This document shows positions 1-12,591 of a stretch of 64,000 bases of DNA, one piece after another. The stretch comes from Octopus vulgaris. Lineage: Eukaryota. Location of the stretch: contig OX597815.1 in assembly GCA_951406725.2 (NCBI GenBank), positions 114,204,001 through 114,268,000 of the forward strand. The letters run 5' to 3'. Each line of letters starts with the position of its first letter. The stretch's first letter is position 1. The notes below the pieces were generated by a model. The model did not search any database. It saw only the letters and a list, made by a program, of their open reading frames with translations, and was not told the origin of the DNA. Both the position numbers and the translations under genes were made by a program.

Positions 1-1522
1 TATCATCAGGAATGATTTTTGCCTCTTTCTGTGAGAGTACCAGTAATATAATGAGGTTAATTCAGTCAAGTACATCCTTGTGCTAGTTAAAATATATCAA
101 CAATAGGTTTCAGGGTGGTTGTTGTAGTTAAACTTTTTAATTTAGCATTCAGATTACTGTTAAATGTAAAGCTTGCTTATTTCACATGGTTTTTAGTTAG
201 TCATGCATTATTTTAATCAAATACTACAAGCATCGACTTTCATCTCTCCTGTACCATTGAATTAATATGTTACTATTGTTTAGCCTTAGATCAATCCTGA
301 TCAAGCAGACCTTTGATCAAAGGCATTACAACCATTATCAACCTTGTCCGTTTGTCCATAGGTTGAACAGTTTGACTGAGGTCTGAAGAGCCAGTGGCTG
401 CATCAGGCTCCAATCTTATCTGGCAATGTTTCTACAGCTGGATGCCCAGTCTTTCATTTTTTAAGATGATAGAGTGTAATATGAGGAAGATTCGGCTGCT
501 AATTCTAGCAGTGTGAGTAACAATATTGAAATATTCTCTCAATGGTCCTGATAATTCTAGTAGGCATCGTCATTGGCTCAAAATTGCACCATTGATATAC
601 TACAGTTCATCCAATCCTATACCTACACTTGTATAACATTATTTCTGCTTTAGTCTAGTTACATAAATTAAATACTATGTTTAGCTACAGCTCTTTGCTA
701 AAAGGATCAAACACACTATACAATTAATTAGTGTTTTGTTAATTTTTGTTGATGATTACTATTATTTGTTCAGTTCAGCTAGTTAAATCAAGTACTATGG
801 CCAGATGCAGCTCTTTGCTAAAGGAACCAGAATTATATAATTATCATTTATCTTTTACTTGTTTCGGTCACTGGACTGTCACCATGCTAAGGTACCACCT
901 TGAAGGTTTTAGTTGAGCAAGTCAACAACAGTATTTAGTTTTTTTTTTGTCTGGTACTTGTTCTGTTGGTCTCTGTTTTGCCAAACAGCAAAGTTAGGTA
1001 AGTAAACAAATTAACACCAGTTGTCAAGTGATGGATGACAAACACAAAGACATGTGTGCACATGCACACACACATACTAGGCTTCTTTCAGTTTTTTTCT
1101 GTCAACCAAATCCATTCACAAAGCTTTGGTTAACCTAGGGCTGTAGTAGAAGACACTTGCTCAAAGTGCCATGTGGTGCAATGGAAAATAGAACCATGTA
1201 GTTTGGAAGCAGACTTCTTATTATACCTGTGCTTTTATTAACCAGTATTTTGTTAGTTTGTAGAGCTGTGTTTGAGTCAGCCAATGGCCCTGGACCATGA
1301 TAGCAGTGCTCAGATTACAGCAACATTCAATGAATTCAATCATCATTTTGGCAAAGTGGCTTCACAATGAACAAACAGTATTACTTGAAGAAAGATAGGA
1401 AATAACTGCAAGAATGTCTACTTCTTTGTAGCACAAAACAAGCAATCAGTCCTCCAGATGTCTGTGGTGTCACAAAATAATGAAGGCTTATCACTAAATT
1501 TATAATCAGCTACCTCCATAGA

Positions 1523-1784
1523 CCAGGCAGTGTTACTTTAGCATGTGGTCTACCATATTATCCATAGACTATACTGTGAAATTACTTGATCTGGGTTAGT
1601 AATAAGGTTAGGATTTAGGGTTAAGATTTAAGGTTAAGGTTTAGGGTTAGGTTTAGCAGTTTGGGTTATGTTTAGGTTTAGGATTAGTTTTTAGAGCTAG
1701 GTTTAGAATTTAGTGTTAGGGTTAGACTACATTCTAAAGTGTAAATGGCCAAGTAGATCAAATGCTAAAGTGACACTGACTAGG
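1523..1784. mobile_element. Small MITE with ~30-bp imperfect TIRs and a degenerate TTAGGG-like core (DHX34 intron)
   Basis: Left end ccaggcagtgttactttagcatgtggtctac; reverse complement of the right end is cctagtcagtgtcactttagcatttgatctac. Interior 1590-1725 consists of ggttag/tttagg variants. Confidence 0.65.
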
Positions 1785-1988
1785 TTAAACTTTTTCACAG
1801 AGTTGACTGGGGTCAGCTGACAAAAATATTAACAGATATAAAACCAAACACAAATCAATCTTTTTGAGATTTTATTTTGTCCACATTTGTTTGTTTATAA
1901 AGGAAATAGTGAAATGGATTGGTGTCAGTAAAACCTGCTTATAGTCAAAATTTGAGGATATTAAGCAGAAAACAATTTATACACAAAC

Positions 1989-2074
1989 CTGTTCTGGAAG
2001 GTTTTGCTGTCTTTTGTTGAAATAACAGGTATTTCTCAAGAAAAGACCAAAAATCTGAATATGAATGAGAATTT
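1989..2074 (-). CDS. DHX34: DHX34 coding exon 2 ((R)NSHSYSDFWSFLEKYLLFQQKTAKPSRT)
   Basis: Splice sites tttcag| and |gtttgt; phase 2 matches exon 1. The joined peptide LDKIFFSDDSVIKRNSHSYSDFWSFLEKY resembles the recalled DHX34 N-terminal motif (human [28 protein letters not shown]). Confidence 0.8.
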
Positions 2075-2107
2075 CTGAAATATAAAACCAGCATATTATC
2101 AACTTCC

Positions 2108-2359
2108 ATATATGTATGTATGTATGTATGATGTGTGTATGTGTGTGTGTATGTATGTATGTATGTATGTATGTACGTACGTATGTACATACATATGTAT
2201 GTACGTATGTAATGTGTGTGTGTGTGTATGTGTGTATGTATGTATGTACGTACGTACATACATATGTATGTACGTATGTAATGTATGTGTGTGTATGTAT
2301 GTATGTGTATGTATGCATGTATGTGTGTATGTATGTATAAATGGGTGTATGTATAGACA

Positions 2360-2405
<46 letters not shown>
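2108..2405. repeat. Compound microsatellite (TATG)n/(TG)n/(TA)n
   Basis: Seen directly; it produces the low-complexity ORFs at 1945-2738. Confidence 0.95.
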
Positions 2406-2408
<3 letters not shown>

Positions 2409-2503
2409 TCATCATCATCTTTTAACGTCCGTTACCCATGCTGGGATGGGTTGGACAGTTTGACCAGGGCTGGTAAGCTGAGGGGCTGCACTAGACTCCA
2501 GTC

Positions 2504-2547
<44 letters not shown>

Positions 2548-2553
2548 TGTATG

Positions 2554-2589
<36 letters not shown>

Positions 2590-3155
2590 AGTGTATGTAT
2601 GTATGTGTGTGTATATGCATATGTAGGCGTTGGTACAAACAGACACAGGTCACTTGTAGTGGAAACTGCAAACAATTTTTGTTTAAGGTTTTACGTTTCA
2701 AATCATTAAAGAACTTGTTTCATTTAGAAAACAGATAGCTAGGTTAGAAATATTTTAAAACATACATGCAATTTTTTAAAGTTTTGATTTGGACTGGATG
2801 ATACATGGTGCAAGGGGAATAACTCGTATTCTTATGATCCACGTAACAAAAAATTGTTTCGAATTTTGGCACAAGGCCAGCAATTTCGGGGTTGGAGGTA
2901 AGTCGATTACATCGACTCCAGTGCTCAATTGGTACTATTCTCAAAAGATGAATGGCAAAGTCAACCACGGCGGAATTTGAACTCAGAACGTAACGATGAA
3001 TAAAATGCTGCTAAGTATTCCGCCTGCCATGCTAATGATTCTGCCAAATGTCATAATCATTAGCATGATACACACACACAGACATATATATATATGATGA
3101 ACGGCAACGAAAAACTCAGAGTAACAGATTTTGTTGAATTTTCTGCTGCTTTAAA

Positions 3156-3212
<57 letters not shown>

Positions 3213-4828
3213 CACATGCAATATGTATGTCTGTATGGGTGTGTCACACACACACATAAGCTTCTTTCAGTTTCTGTCTACCAAATCCACTCACAAGGCC
3301 CAGAACTAAAGTAGAGGGCACTTGTCACATGTGCCTCACAGTGGGACAGAACCTGGAACCATGTGGTTGAAAATTAATTTTCTTACCACGTAACCACCAC
3401 CTGTGCTTAAATATACACACACACACATGAGTAAGCACATAAAGGCAGAACAAGTGCTTGTGTTAGCCAGCTATATTGAAATATGCAATATCTTGATCTT
3501 ATGTCACGGTTGATTTGACAAAAATAGCCTTGATTATTGAAATGGTGGCACTTTGGGAAGGCAATATGGTGTAAGCACTTGAAAGAAAGAGTCTAAAGTA
3601 TGAAGGACCTAGGGAATGCAAGAAGCAGTGTATGGTGCTTGCAGTGGAAATGGGATGTTGTGAGTTATGAGGTGGATGAAAAAGAAGACAATGCAGGGAA
3701 TGGATGTAACCAAGTGTGTACCTAGGCAATGAGACTAAACGCATATGAATAATAGACCAGCCAGAAATAGTTAAATCATCCTAAAATTACAACTAGCAGT
3801 TTTCGGAAAGGCGTTCCTATAGAATAGAGTTAGAAATTATCTAGTATAATTCCTTCGGATATGTGTTTTAGGCATCACAGATTACAATTTGGCAAAAAAA
3901 CAATTTTCTTTTTGCAGGGAATGTTTTTTTTACCCCATCCTCATTCTTCACTGTAATTTCTCAATTCTGATTTTATTTTCCCGAAACTTGTTCAGATTTA
4001 TGCTATAAAAGTTTAACACATATTTTTGAGGACATCTCAGATATTTAAAATAGAAATCTGAATTTTTTTTATAAGAAAGTAAAAAGTAAAAAGGGTGGGA
4101 GCAAACTATTTATTTATTTATTTCAGCATCATAATCTACTATATTTAAAACATGCACATCCAAAGAAATTAGTTTTTGGTGCACAAGGTAGTTTCCGACT
4201 CTGTTCTATAGCAATGTCTCAAAAGTGATAATACATTGGATAAGCAATATTCTGAAAGTGGAAGGAAACGTATGGTCAATGCTGGAATGCTTCTGATCAG
4301 AGAAGTGCAAGATTGACCAGGCCTGACTTAAGGACAATCAATAACAACAAGCAGATATATGATCTCTGTATATTTATTTACTCCTAACCACGTTTTATTG
4401 GTATTTGTAAACAATTATAGTTTAGTTATGTAAACTGATTAAGCTTCGTTTTATAAATGTCAGCACACTCATACATAGAAATTACTTTCGAAACCATTGT
4501 TTCTAAGAAATTCTGAACAGCAAATTTTTGACTTCTAATTATTTCGTTTAAACATACCCCCAATGGACAACTATGCAATACCTCGAAAAAGAAAAAAAGA
4601 GAGAAATCTTGGGTCTGCCAAACTAAAATTTTAAATGATTAACAAGAACACATATCTATAACGTAAATGAAATCATCACTCGTTTGGGTGATTGATCTTT
4701 GCAGAATAATTTAAATTTAGAAGTCCATCGTTCGAACATTGGCGTTGTGTGCAGACTAGCATATTCGCTCTATATTTATTCCGCAAGTAATTCATGGAGG
4801 GTAAATATTTATAACATACATACTCTAC

Positions 4829-5202
4829 CTTTTAATAACAGAGTCATCGGAAAAAAATATTTTATCTAGAGAATGGCGGTGTTTTTTAAAGTCTAAACAC
4901 TGATAACGTGGCTGTTGGTCAGGTGTAACAGTGGGAGATCGATTATCACTAGTGGAACTGTGATGAAGGATTTTATCCCGGCTAGATTCCGATTTATAAT
5001 GCGATGAAGTTGGGTCTGAATATCTTTTTTCTTGTGCGTCTTTGGACGAATGCTTATGTTTTGAGTGATGTTTCTTATGTTTGTCTTCCTTGTGTGACTC
5101 TTTCATTCGGGCTTCATGTTTGTCTCGATCTTTCTTTTTATGTCTATGTTTTTTTGAATGCTTCTTCTTGTGCGAATCGAAAGATTCATCTGAGCTGGAC
5201 AT
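4829..5202 (-). CDS. DHX34: DHX34 coding exon 1 (MSSSDESFDSHKKKH...DKIFFSDDSVIK)
   Basis: ATG at 5202 with an open frame to the donor AG|GTAGAG at 4829/4828. K/H-rich N-terminus followed by the DHX34-like F..HR.SLDKIFF motif. The helicase domain lies outside the window. Confidence 0.8.
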
Positions 5203-6666
5203 TTTCCTGCAATAAGTTTTATTACAGACAAGTGATTTCACATTTTATTTATGGAACTACAAATTGTTTTGATATACACCGTTTTACGGTAGGTATCGGC
5301 TGAATTTAGTCGCCCTGAAATATAATTCCGGTTTCAATATTTTCTTGATGTTTATCTTTGCTGCTGATTGAACAAGTCTATCGTCGAAGGCGTACAACCA
5401 TGACTATACCATCTCTGTTTCAGATACAGTGCATCTAGAACAATCTTTCCTTTTATGAAATATACAGTGTGTTTTGAGAGAAATTTGGCTGTTATTTCTT
5501 GGAAGAATGACAGCAACTAATTTTCATTGACTTATTTATATCTGTTGAAAAGAAAGAACGACGGAATTCTGCTTTTGAAGTTGACGTTATTGTTTGTCGC
5601 GAGCTAATAATATATGTGTTTGCGGGAGACCATCACAGAGCGGTTGGTCGTGAAAAAGATGGATACTTTATCGTTTTTAGTCGAGATCAGGTTGGCTTCA
5701 TGAATTATAACAAAAGCAAGCTCGCAAACGTTTAGCAACAAATTTTATAGATAGAAAAATTATGCATGTATCATACATAAATTATTACAGATTTATTGGT
5801 TATCAGAACAGTAAGTAGGAATAGCTTCATCGCGTTGGCTTAGCCATTTGCTATATGGAAAAGTGAAAAACGAAGGAATAAATACGCCGCCAAATGTTAA
5901 AGCACAGGGAAAGAGCCGTGAACTGCTTTTCTTAAATGTCAGCGGCGGTCTGTCGTGATTCAGGCGCTAGGAGAGAATGCCGCAAATCTCCAGAACATAC
6001 GAGATGCTGTTCACACCTTAACTTCAAGCTGATTGATCGATTTTAGGATCTATATGAAACTGTTGTGAGATATTCATGATTGTGAACTTATAATTTCATG
6101 GTTGGGGTTCCTAGTAAATCCAATGCAGGTTACTATACATGGTGTTTTTTTTATAAGCTACAAGAAAAAGATTATAGAAGATTAAATTAAGCGGTTAGAT
6201 TTCAAATCAACGCTATAGTATAAAGTGTAGAAATGGAGCAAAATGGGCAGCAAAAGTGAAGGGTTTCTCCATGGAGATACTGCTAACAGGAGACATCATT
6301 GGAAAGATAATTGTAATTGTAATTGTAGAGGAAAGAGAAATATGCAAAGTTGGAGGAGGTACTGTTGGCTGTAGTTTGTGCGACAGGAATGCTTGAGGGT
6401 CATGGGATGCATGAACGCTTCCTTTGCACACAGAATAGAGGTCTTATAAGAATCACACTACTGGGTAAACGCAATACAGTTCTTCATTGCAGCTACGAGT
6501 AAACCGCTTGGAGGTCTTAAATTTTTGCCGTGTATAGTATGTAAAGGGTCATACCTAAAGTTGTGATTCTAATCAACCACTTAACTATTTCTGATAGGTC
6601 AAGAGAGAATCACTTGTACTTCCAGGGATAAGTGGCGTGAAACTGGCGGAGCTCCGCCCAATCGGC

Positions 6667-7454
6667 GGATCTTTTCCTTTTGAACGGCACTTTGTAACAT
6701 AATTTCTAGGTAACTAAAAAGTTTTAAACTTCGTATACTGGTAGAATGTGTTTATAATACATCATTTTCTCTTGACTTTATTGAGAAAATTCTATATGTT
6801 GTAAGATATTTCGAGCATTTCGGCAATTTTAACCAATCGCTGACCACCATTTAGGTAAATAACATTCTGTGCATAATGAATATGTCCCTCCTTTAAGAAA
6901 CAGATTGGGTTTATTTACATTTGAGAAGAAAAAAGATACCCTTCCCCCACCCCTAACCCTAACTCTCACCCTAAATGTAAAATAGATTGAAATGCAATAG
7001 ATCAATACTAGGGTTATAATCATGGGTGACAATTTCACACGACACCGCTACGGAGAAAGGGATTTTTTTCTAGCGGTGTCAAATGAAAATGTCACCCATA
7101 ATTATGGCCCTAGTATCGATCTATTGCATTTCAATCTATTTTAGATTTAGGGTTAGGGTTGGGGAAGGGTATCTTTTTTTCTTCACAAATGTAAATAAAC
7201 CCAATCTGTTTCTTAAAGGAGGGACATATTCATTATGCACAGAATGTTATTTACCTAAATGGACGTAAGCGATTGGTTAAAATTGCCGAAATGCTCGAAA
7301 TTAAAGTCGAAATATCTTACAACATATAGAATTTTCTCAATAAAGTCAAGAGAAAATGATGTTTTATAAACACATTCTACCAGTATACGAAGTTTAAAAC
7401 TTTTTAGGTACCTAGAAATTATGTTACAAAGTGCCGTTCAAAAGGAAAAGATCC
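6667..7454. mobile_element. Near-perfect palindromic MITE (TIR GGATCTTTTCCTTTTGAACGGC...) with internal CCCTAA repeats
   Basis: Arms of ~390 bp are reverse complements of each other around a short spacer near 7050-7070. Confidence 0.85.
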
Positions 7455-7497
7455 GCCAGTTTCACGCCACTTATCCCTGGAAGTACAAGTGATTCTC

Positions 7498-8132
7498 GGA
7501 TCTTTTCCTTTTGAACGGCAGTTTTCAACACAATTTCTAGTTAACTAAAGACTTTTAAACTCAATCCTATGCCCTCTATTGAGCTAAAATCATTTGCTGC
7601 GTCTAAAACAAACAACATCCTGTCACTAACCCTAACTCTCACCCTAACCCTAAATTTTAGCCTTTCGTTTTTTTTTTCTTAATTGTTAAATTAATTTAAG
7701 GATAACAATTAAGAAAAAAAAAACGAAAGCAATGGAAAATAATTTTAATTTAACAATTAAGAAAAGAAAAACGAAAGGCTAAAACGAAAGCAAAAACTCA
7801 AAACAAAAACAAAACGAATAATTTTAGACACACGCGTAACAATTAAATTAATTTAACAAATAAAAAAAACCAAAGGCTAAAATTTAGGGGTAGGGTTAGT
7901 GACAGGATGTCTCAGTTTTAGACGCAGCAAATGATTTTAGCTCAATAGAGGGCATAGGATTGGTCAAAATTCGAAAAATTAAACTACGTTAAACTTGCAA
8001 ATTACATTTTTCTCAAGAAAGCCAAGAGAAAAAAGTGTTTTATTTTGACACATTCTACCAGTATACGAAGTTTAAAAGTGTTTAGTTAACTAGAAATTGT
8101 GTTGAAAACTGCCGTTCAAAAGGAAAAGATCC
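7498..8132. mobile_element. Second MITE of the GGATCTTTTCC family, adjacent to the first
   Basis: Starts ggatcttttccttttgaacggcagttttcaacac and ends gtgttgaaaactgccgttcaaaaggaaaagatcc; has internal inverted arms with ccctaa repeats. Confidence 0.85.
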
Positions 8133-9022
8133 GTAATAATATAAAAAATAAATTAATAAAAGAACAACTTTCACATACTGTAGGCTTGACAATGAATCTA
8201 CCAAACTGTATACTGGCTATCTGTCTAATTACCTAGGCGATGTAATTACTGCGAAGTAATTTCCTGTGATGAAATTTCAGAGAATCGTTGTTTACTTCCA
8301 CACCAACTGTGATCAAACAGATTTATAATGAAAGGAATTCTTGTCATCAGCATGCTTTCTTTTCCTTATTGACACAGTTTATAAATATTATATCATTGAG
8401 ATGCTAGGTTGTGAGTTGAGGGGAATTTGACTGTTGTTTCTAGCTAAAACCCTAACACGTAAGCAGGTTTCAATCATGAGACACAATAATATCGATCTAT
8501 CGCATGATATATTGGGGTTCATAGACATCAACTGCATTGTACTCTGTATCCCAAGCCAACACCAAACTTTTAATCGTTCTTTTAGTTGTAGTTTATTTCC
8601 TGTATTGAATTCAAAATAGGTTTTAATTCCTAGTGAGAAAAAACATAAATTTTAATATAACATTTCTGAATATTACTTTAAAATTTTCACAGATGATTGA
8701 AAATAGGTTAAAATGAAAAAAAAAAGATTAAAACTTCTTTAAGTAGAAATGGAAATACTCGGTGTCCTATAAATAGGACACTGGGACAATGTGATACAGC
8801 TTATTTAATGTTAAAATAGTGGGACTTAATAGGTTAAGGCTGTTCAAAAAAAGGGGAATAACTCCTTTTTGGATTTCAGAGTTGTTTCCAATCTCTTGAC
8901 CAGAATTGTTTCTGTCTATTGGAGAAACATAGAACGTGCAATTCAGCACTTCGTAGTTTGATTACATTTTTAATTCCCCTTAGGCAAGGTGATGGTTTTG
9001 GAAATAGTGTGTGATCGACACA

Positions 9023-9581
9023 TAGAAGGAGGTAACCCAAAGTAACCGGAAACGTTCTCTATGGAATTAGCCCGTTGTAGTTCGGACAGCAGTCTGCTAA
9101 CCGACGTCATCTAGATAGTCTGTACTACCAAGTGGTACGTCTTTGTTTTGCAATGCTTCTCCTCTTTTCGTCGATTTTTGTGATGGCTGAAACGAAGGAA
9201 CAGCGTGCTTCCGTGAAATTCTGTATTTTGCTGGTGTGTCCTGGAGCTCCTGCCAACGAATTTTGAGCGAGGGATTGCGAATGAAGAGAGTTGCAGCAAA
9301 ACTTATGCCTTGCTTGCTCACGGAAGATCAAAGGCAGTCACGATTGAACGCGTGTCTTGATCTCAAAGAACAGTTGGAAGTTGATCCGGACCATTTTTTC
9401 GAAGGTCATCACTGGTGGTGAAAGCTGATGCTATGGAATTTGCCACAGTGGAAAACGCATCTAGACCGATGCCTTGCTTCAAATGGAGAATACTTTGAAG
9501 ACGATATAAGTGTAAACATGTAAAATTAAGTGAATAAAATAATATTGCAAAATTCCAGTTTCTTTTGGGTACCCCCTCGTA
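9023..9581 (+). mobile_element. Internally deleted mariner element
   Basis: Imperfect TIRs (ta-gaaggaggtaacccaaagtaaccggaa / ttccagtttcttttgggtaccccctcg-ta). Transposase remnants EQRASVKFCILL and RILSEGLRMKRVAAKLMPCLLTEDQRQSRLNAC. Confidence 0.8.
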
Positions 9582-10949
9582 TGTAGAAATATAGAAATCG
9601 GAGCACAGATATCCCAGCAATGTAGAAATAAATAGATGGCTGTGATAGAAAGAAAATTCACTGAAGCTGAAGAAAATGAAGTAGGACAGCACTGTAAATA
9701 CGCACTCGAATAGATCAAACAAGAGGGTGTTCGATCATCAGATAATCGTTAACGGATTACTTTAGCTAATGTGTTCTCGTTTTTTAAGATGGTAAAATGC
9801 AATTTGCTGGAAATTTAGCAGCTATTTCTAGCAGGTCAAGCAACGGCATAGAGGCTCGCTGTTCTATACAAAGATTTTTGTATTTTTTTCATAAATTAGG
9901 GATGGCTACTGACATTGAGCTTAACGATTGTATAATGTACAAGTATAAAGAAATAATTAAAGTAAAAAAGGACTCATTATATTGAATTAGATTACTATCC
10001 TGCTCGTGTTGATTTTTAGTTACAATCAACGTCGAGCAAATGCAATCTCGACTTTGTTGTAAGGTAACTTGTAATATTCTGGATTGAAATACGTGTTCCT
10101 TATTTTGAAAAAGCCTAAGATGATCGTTTACTTTTGTGGTGTTGTTAACATGTTGAATAATTAACATGAGAAAGAATTATTGGCTGACATCGTCCCCGTA
10201 ATAGTTGCTCAAGCGCTTGTACATCGCTAGATTTTCTCATAGCATTTTGCCTGCTAGCGTTGCTGCCAGTAAAGGACGTTAGCTCGAATCCCATATATTC
10301 ATGAAATTAACCTGTTCTGCTCGGTAAACTTACACGTATCATTGCCTTCCAGTTTGCATCTAATGGCACGATAGAGCGTTTTATTTGGTAACCAAAGCCT
10401 TGTTCAGATATCAGTAAAAAAATAGCTAGCGTATCCCACCCTTGTTCCATGGGATATACTTTCTTGAGAAAGAAAGAATCAGTTGCCTACCAATCAAATA
10501 TCTTTACGGTGGTGCTCTGACTTTACGGTCAAATGTTTGTACCTGTTTGCTCCCAGACATCCCTCGGGAGTGGTCCCCTGTGTTTGTCCACAAAAGTTCA
10601 GTTATATCAAGTGATCTTTACTTCCCACCTTATTTCAAATTATTTCATTTATTCATTTTCGTACATAACAAGAAAGTACGCATCAGTATATATCAATCGA
10701 AACAAGTTCTCTTTGATAGAAACTTAATATCTGAATCTTCTTAACAAACTAACTCAGTTCCATCAGTAAGTCTTCGCAGCCGTATTCCTGATAAGATGAG
10801 AACGGCAGTGACCAACCTTGCAGTTTCTCGCTTATAAAGGTACACACATGCGTGGAATGTACACACATTATGACAAATATATCAACACAAATACGTATAC
10901 ATAATTTTATACAAAAACTATCAACTTGACGTTTTCTCACACAATCACG

Positions 10950-11583
10950 CAGTGGTGGTTCGTGTATAGGAACTGCAGCACCCCCTGTTTCAACCCGATA
11001 TTATCGATAACATTCAATATAATGAGTCCTTTTTTACTTTAATTATTTCTTTATACTTGTACATTATACAATCGTTAAGCTTAATGTCAGTAGCCATCCC
11101 TAATTTATGAAAAAAATACAAAAATCTTTGTATAGAACAGTGCGCTTCACAGTTCCAGCGACGCGGTGTTTGGCTGTTGTGCGCACGTCCACATATCCGA
11201 GATAGGAAGCTGTATGCTAGGGAGGGCGATAACACTGTTGTTCATGCAATGCCAACCCCGGTGTGCTGACGAAAGATAGTGTTTCTTGAATGTGATAAAG
11301 TGTAGAATTAGATTACTATCCTGCTTCCAGCTTCAGTGTTGCTGCCACGATTTGAAAAATAGGGCACATCCCCTCCCCTTATTTTGTGATTTACGAGGGA
11401 TTTTTTAAAAACAAGAGGGAATTCGCGGGGGTGTTCAGTGAGCAAGTTAAACACACTACTCGGCAGTAGTTTATGTATAAATTTTCTTTCTATGTATTTG
11501 TTTCCCTTTTCACAGTATTAAAACAGCGGCTAAAAATTTTCTGAAGCAGCACCCCCACTAATTTTATCTACAAGCTGCCACTG
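10950..11583. mobile_element. Non-autonomous hAT-like element
   Basis: CAGTGG...CCACTG termini; perfect 8-bp TSD CAATCACG at 10942-10949 and 11584-11591. Confidence 0.85.
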
Positions 11584-11598
11584 CAATCACGTTTAAAA

Positions 11599-12591
11599 TA
11601 CAGGGTATTCCAGAATAAACTATCTATTTTAGGGAAATCGGACAATTAAAAAAAAAAACTCTCTATTTATGTTTATCATGTTTAATATTTGTTAAAAGTG
11701 GGATCTTTACCTTTTGACCGACAGATTTAAAAAATAATTTTTTGTAACTAAACACTTTCAAACTTCTGACACTGATAGAATCTTTTAATCTTAGCATTTT
11801 TGAGAAAAACTTACATTTACGAATTTATTTCACTTTAAAGTTGTCCTATTTCGGTAATTTCAACTAACCAATGACGTGTATTCAGCCGAATAAAATTACT
11901 GCTGTTGTTTGTCAACAAAAACTTCCGGCGGTGTATATTTCGTTTGTTACTGTTATTTATGACAACCCTAACCCTAAAACCCTAACCCCAGCCCTAAAAC
12001 CTTAAAGCTAAAACCAGTACAAACGCACGATGTCATAAATAACAGTGACAAACGAAATGCTAAGAGTAAAAGATGTTTTATATGACACATTCTCCCAGTG
12101 TCCGAAGTTTGAAAGTGTTAGTTACAAAAATAATATTTTTTAAATCTGTCGGTCAAAAGGTAAAGATCTTAAAAGTGTATAAATTTAAAATTTTATAACT
12201 TTTATAATTTTTAAATAATTTTATTTTCATTCCTGTTGGATACCGCTTATCTGTCTACGATAGCTTTTACTCAATTTAACTGCAATCATTTTCTCTACCT
12301 CCATCCCCAGGATGGAGCAATAGTTTAGTTAAACTGAAGGAACATATTCGGTCAGCTGCGCAGGAGATAACTCCTGAGATGCTTCAAAATAAGTTTCGCA
12401 ATACTAAGGATAAATTCAAAATTTGCAGAGATACAGACGGAGCACATGTCGAAAATTTTCAATAAAGTTTTGACGTAAGATTTATAAGTCTATTTGTTTT
12501 GGTATCATAATTAACTAATAAACAAAATCCTGTCAGTTTTTTAAAAATCTGCCTGATTTCATTGAAATAGTTAATTCTGGGATGCCTTATA
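11599..12591 (+). mobile_element. Deleted Tc1/mariner-superfamily element containing a nested MITE
   Basis: Imperfect TIRs ta-cagggtattccagaataaactat / atagttaattctgggatgccttata. C-terminal transposase remnant LKEHIRSAAQEITPEMLQNKFRNTKDKFKICRDTDGAHVE at ~12330-12460. Confidence 0.75.
11701..12169. mobile_element. MITE related to the GGATCTTT family, nested in the Tc1-like element
   Basis: TIR ggatctttaccttttgaccgacagattt; 8-9-bp TSD (t)taaaagtg on both sides; internal ccctaa repeats at ~11966-12003. Confidence 0.8.

Noticed and set aside
1-40. Possible DHX34 exon 3 after ctcacag| on the minus strand
   Set aside because: The required phase hits TGA within 8 codons.
1590-1725. Telomere or chromosome-fusion site
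   Set aside because: Short, degenerate and enclosed by TIRs, so better explained as a MITE interior.
1945-3309. ORFs rich in YI/HT/CV/MYVC
   Set aside because: Translations of microsatellites; only 1989-2074 is a real exon.
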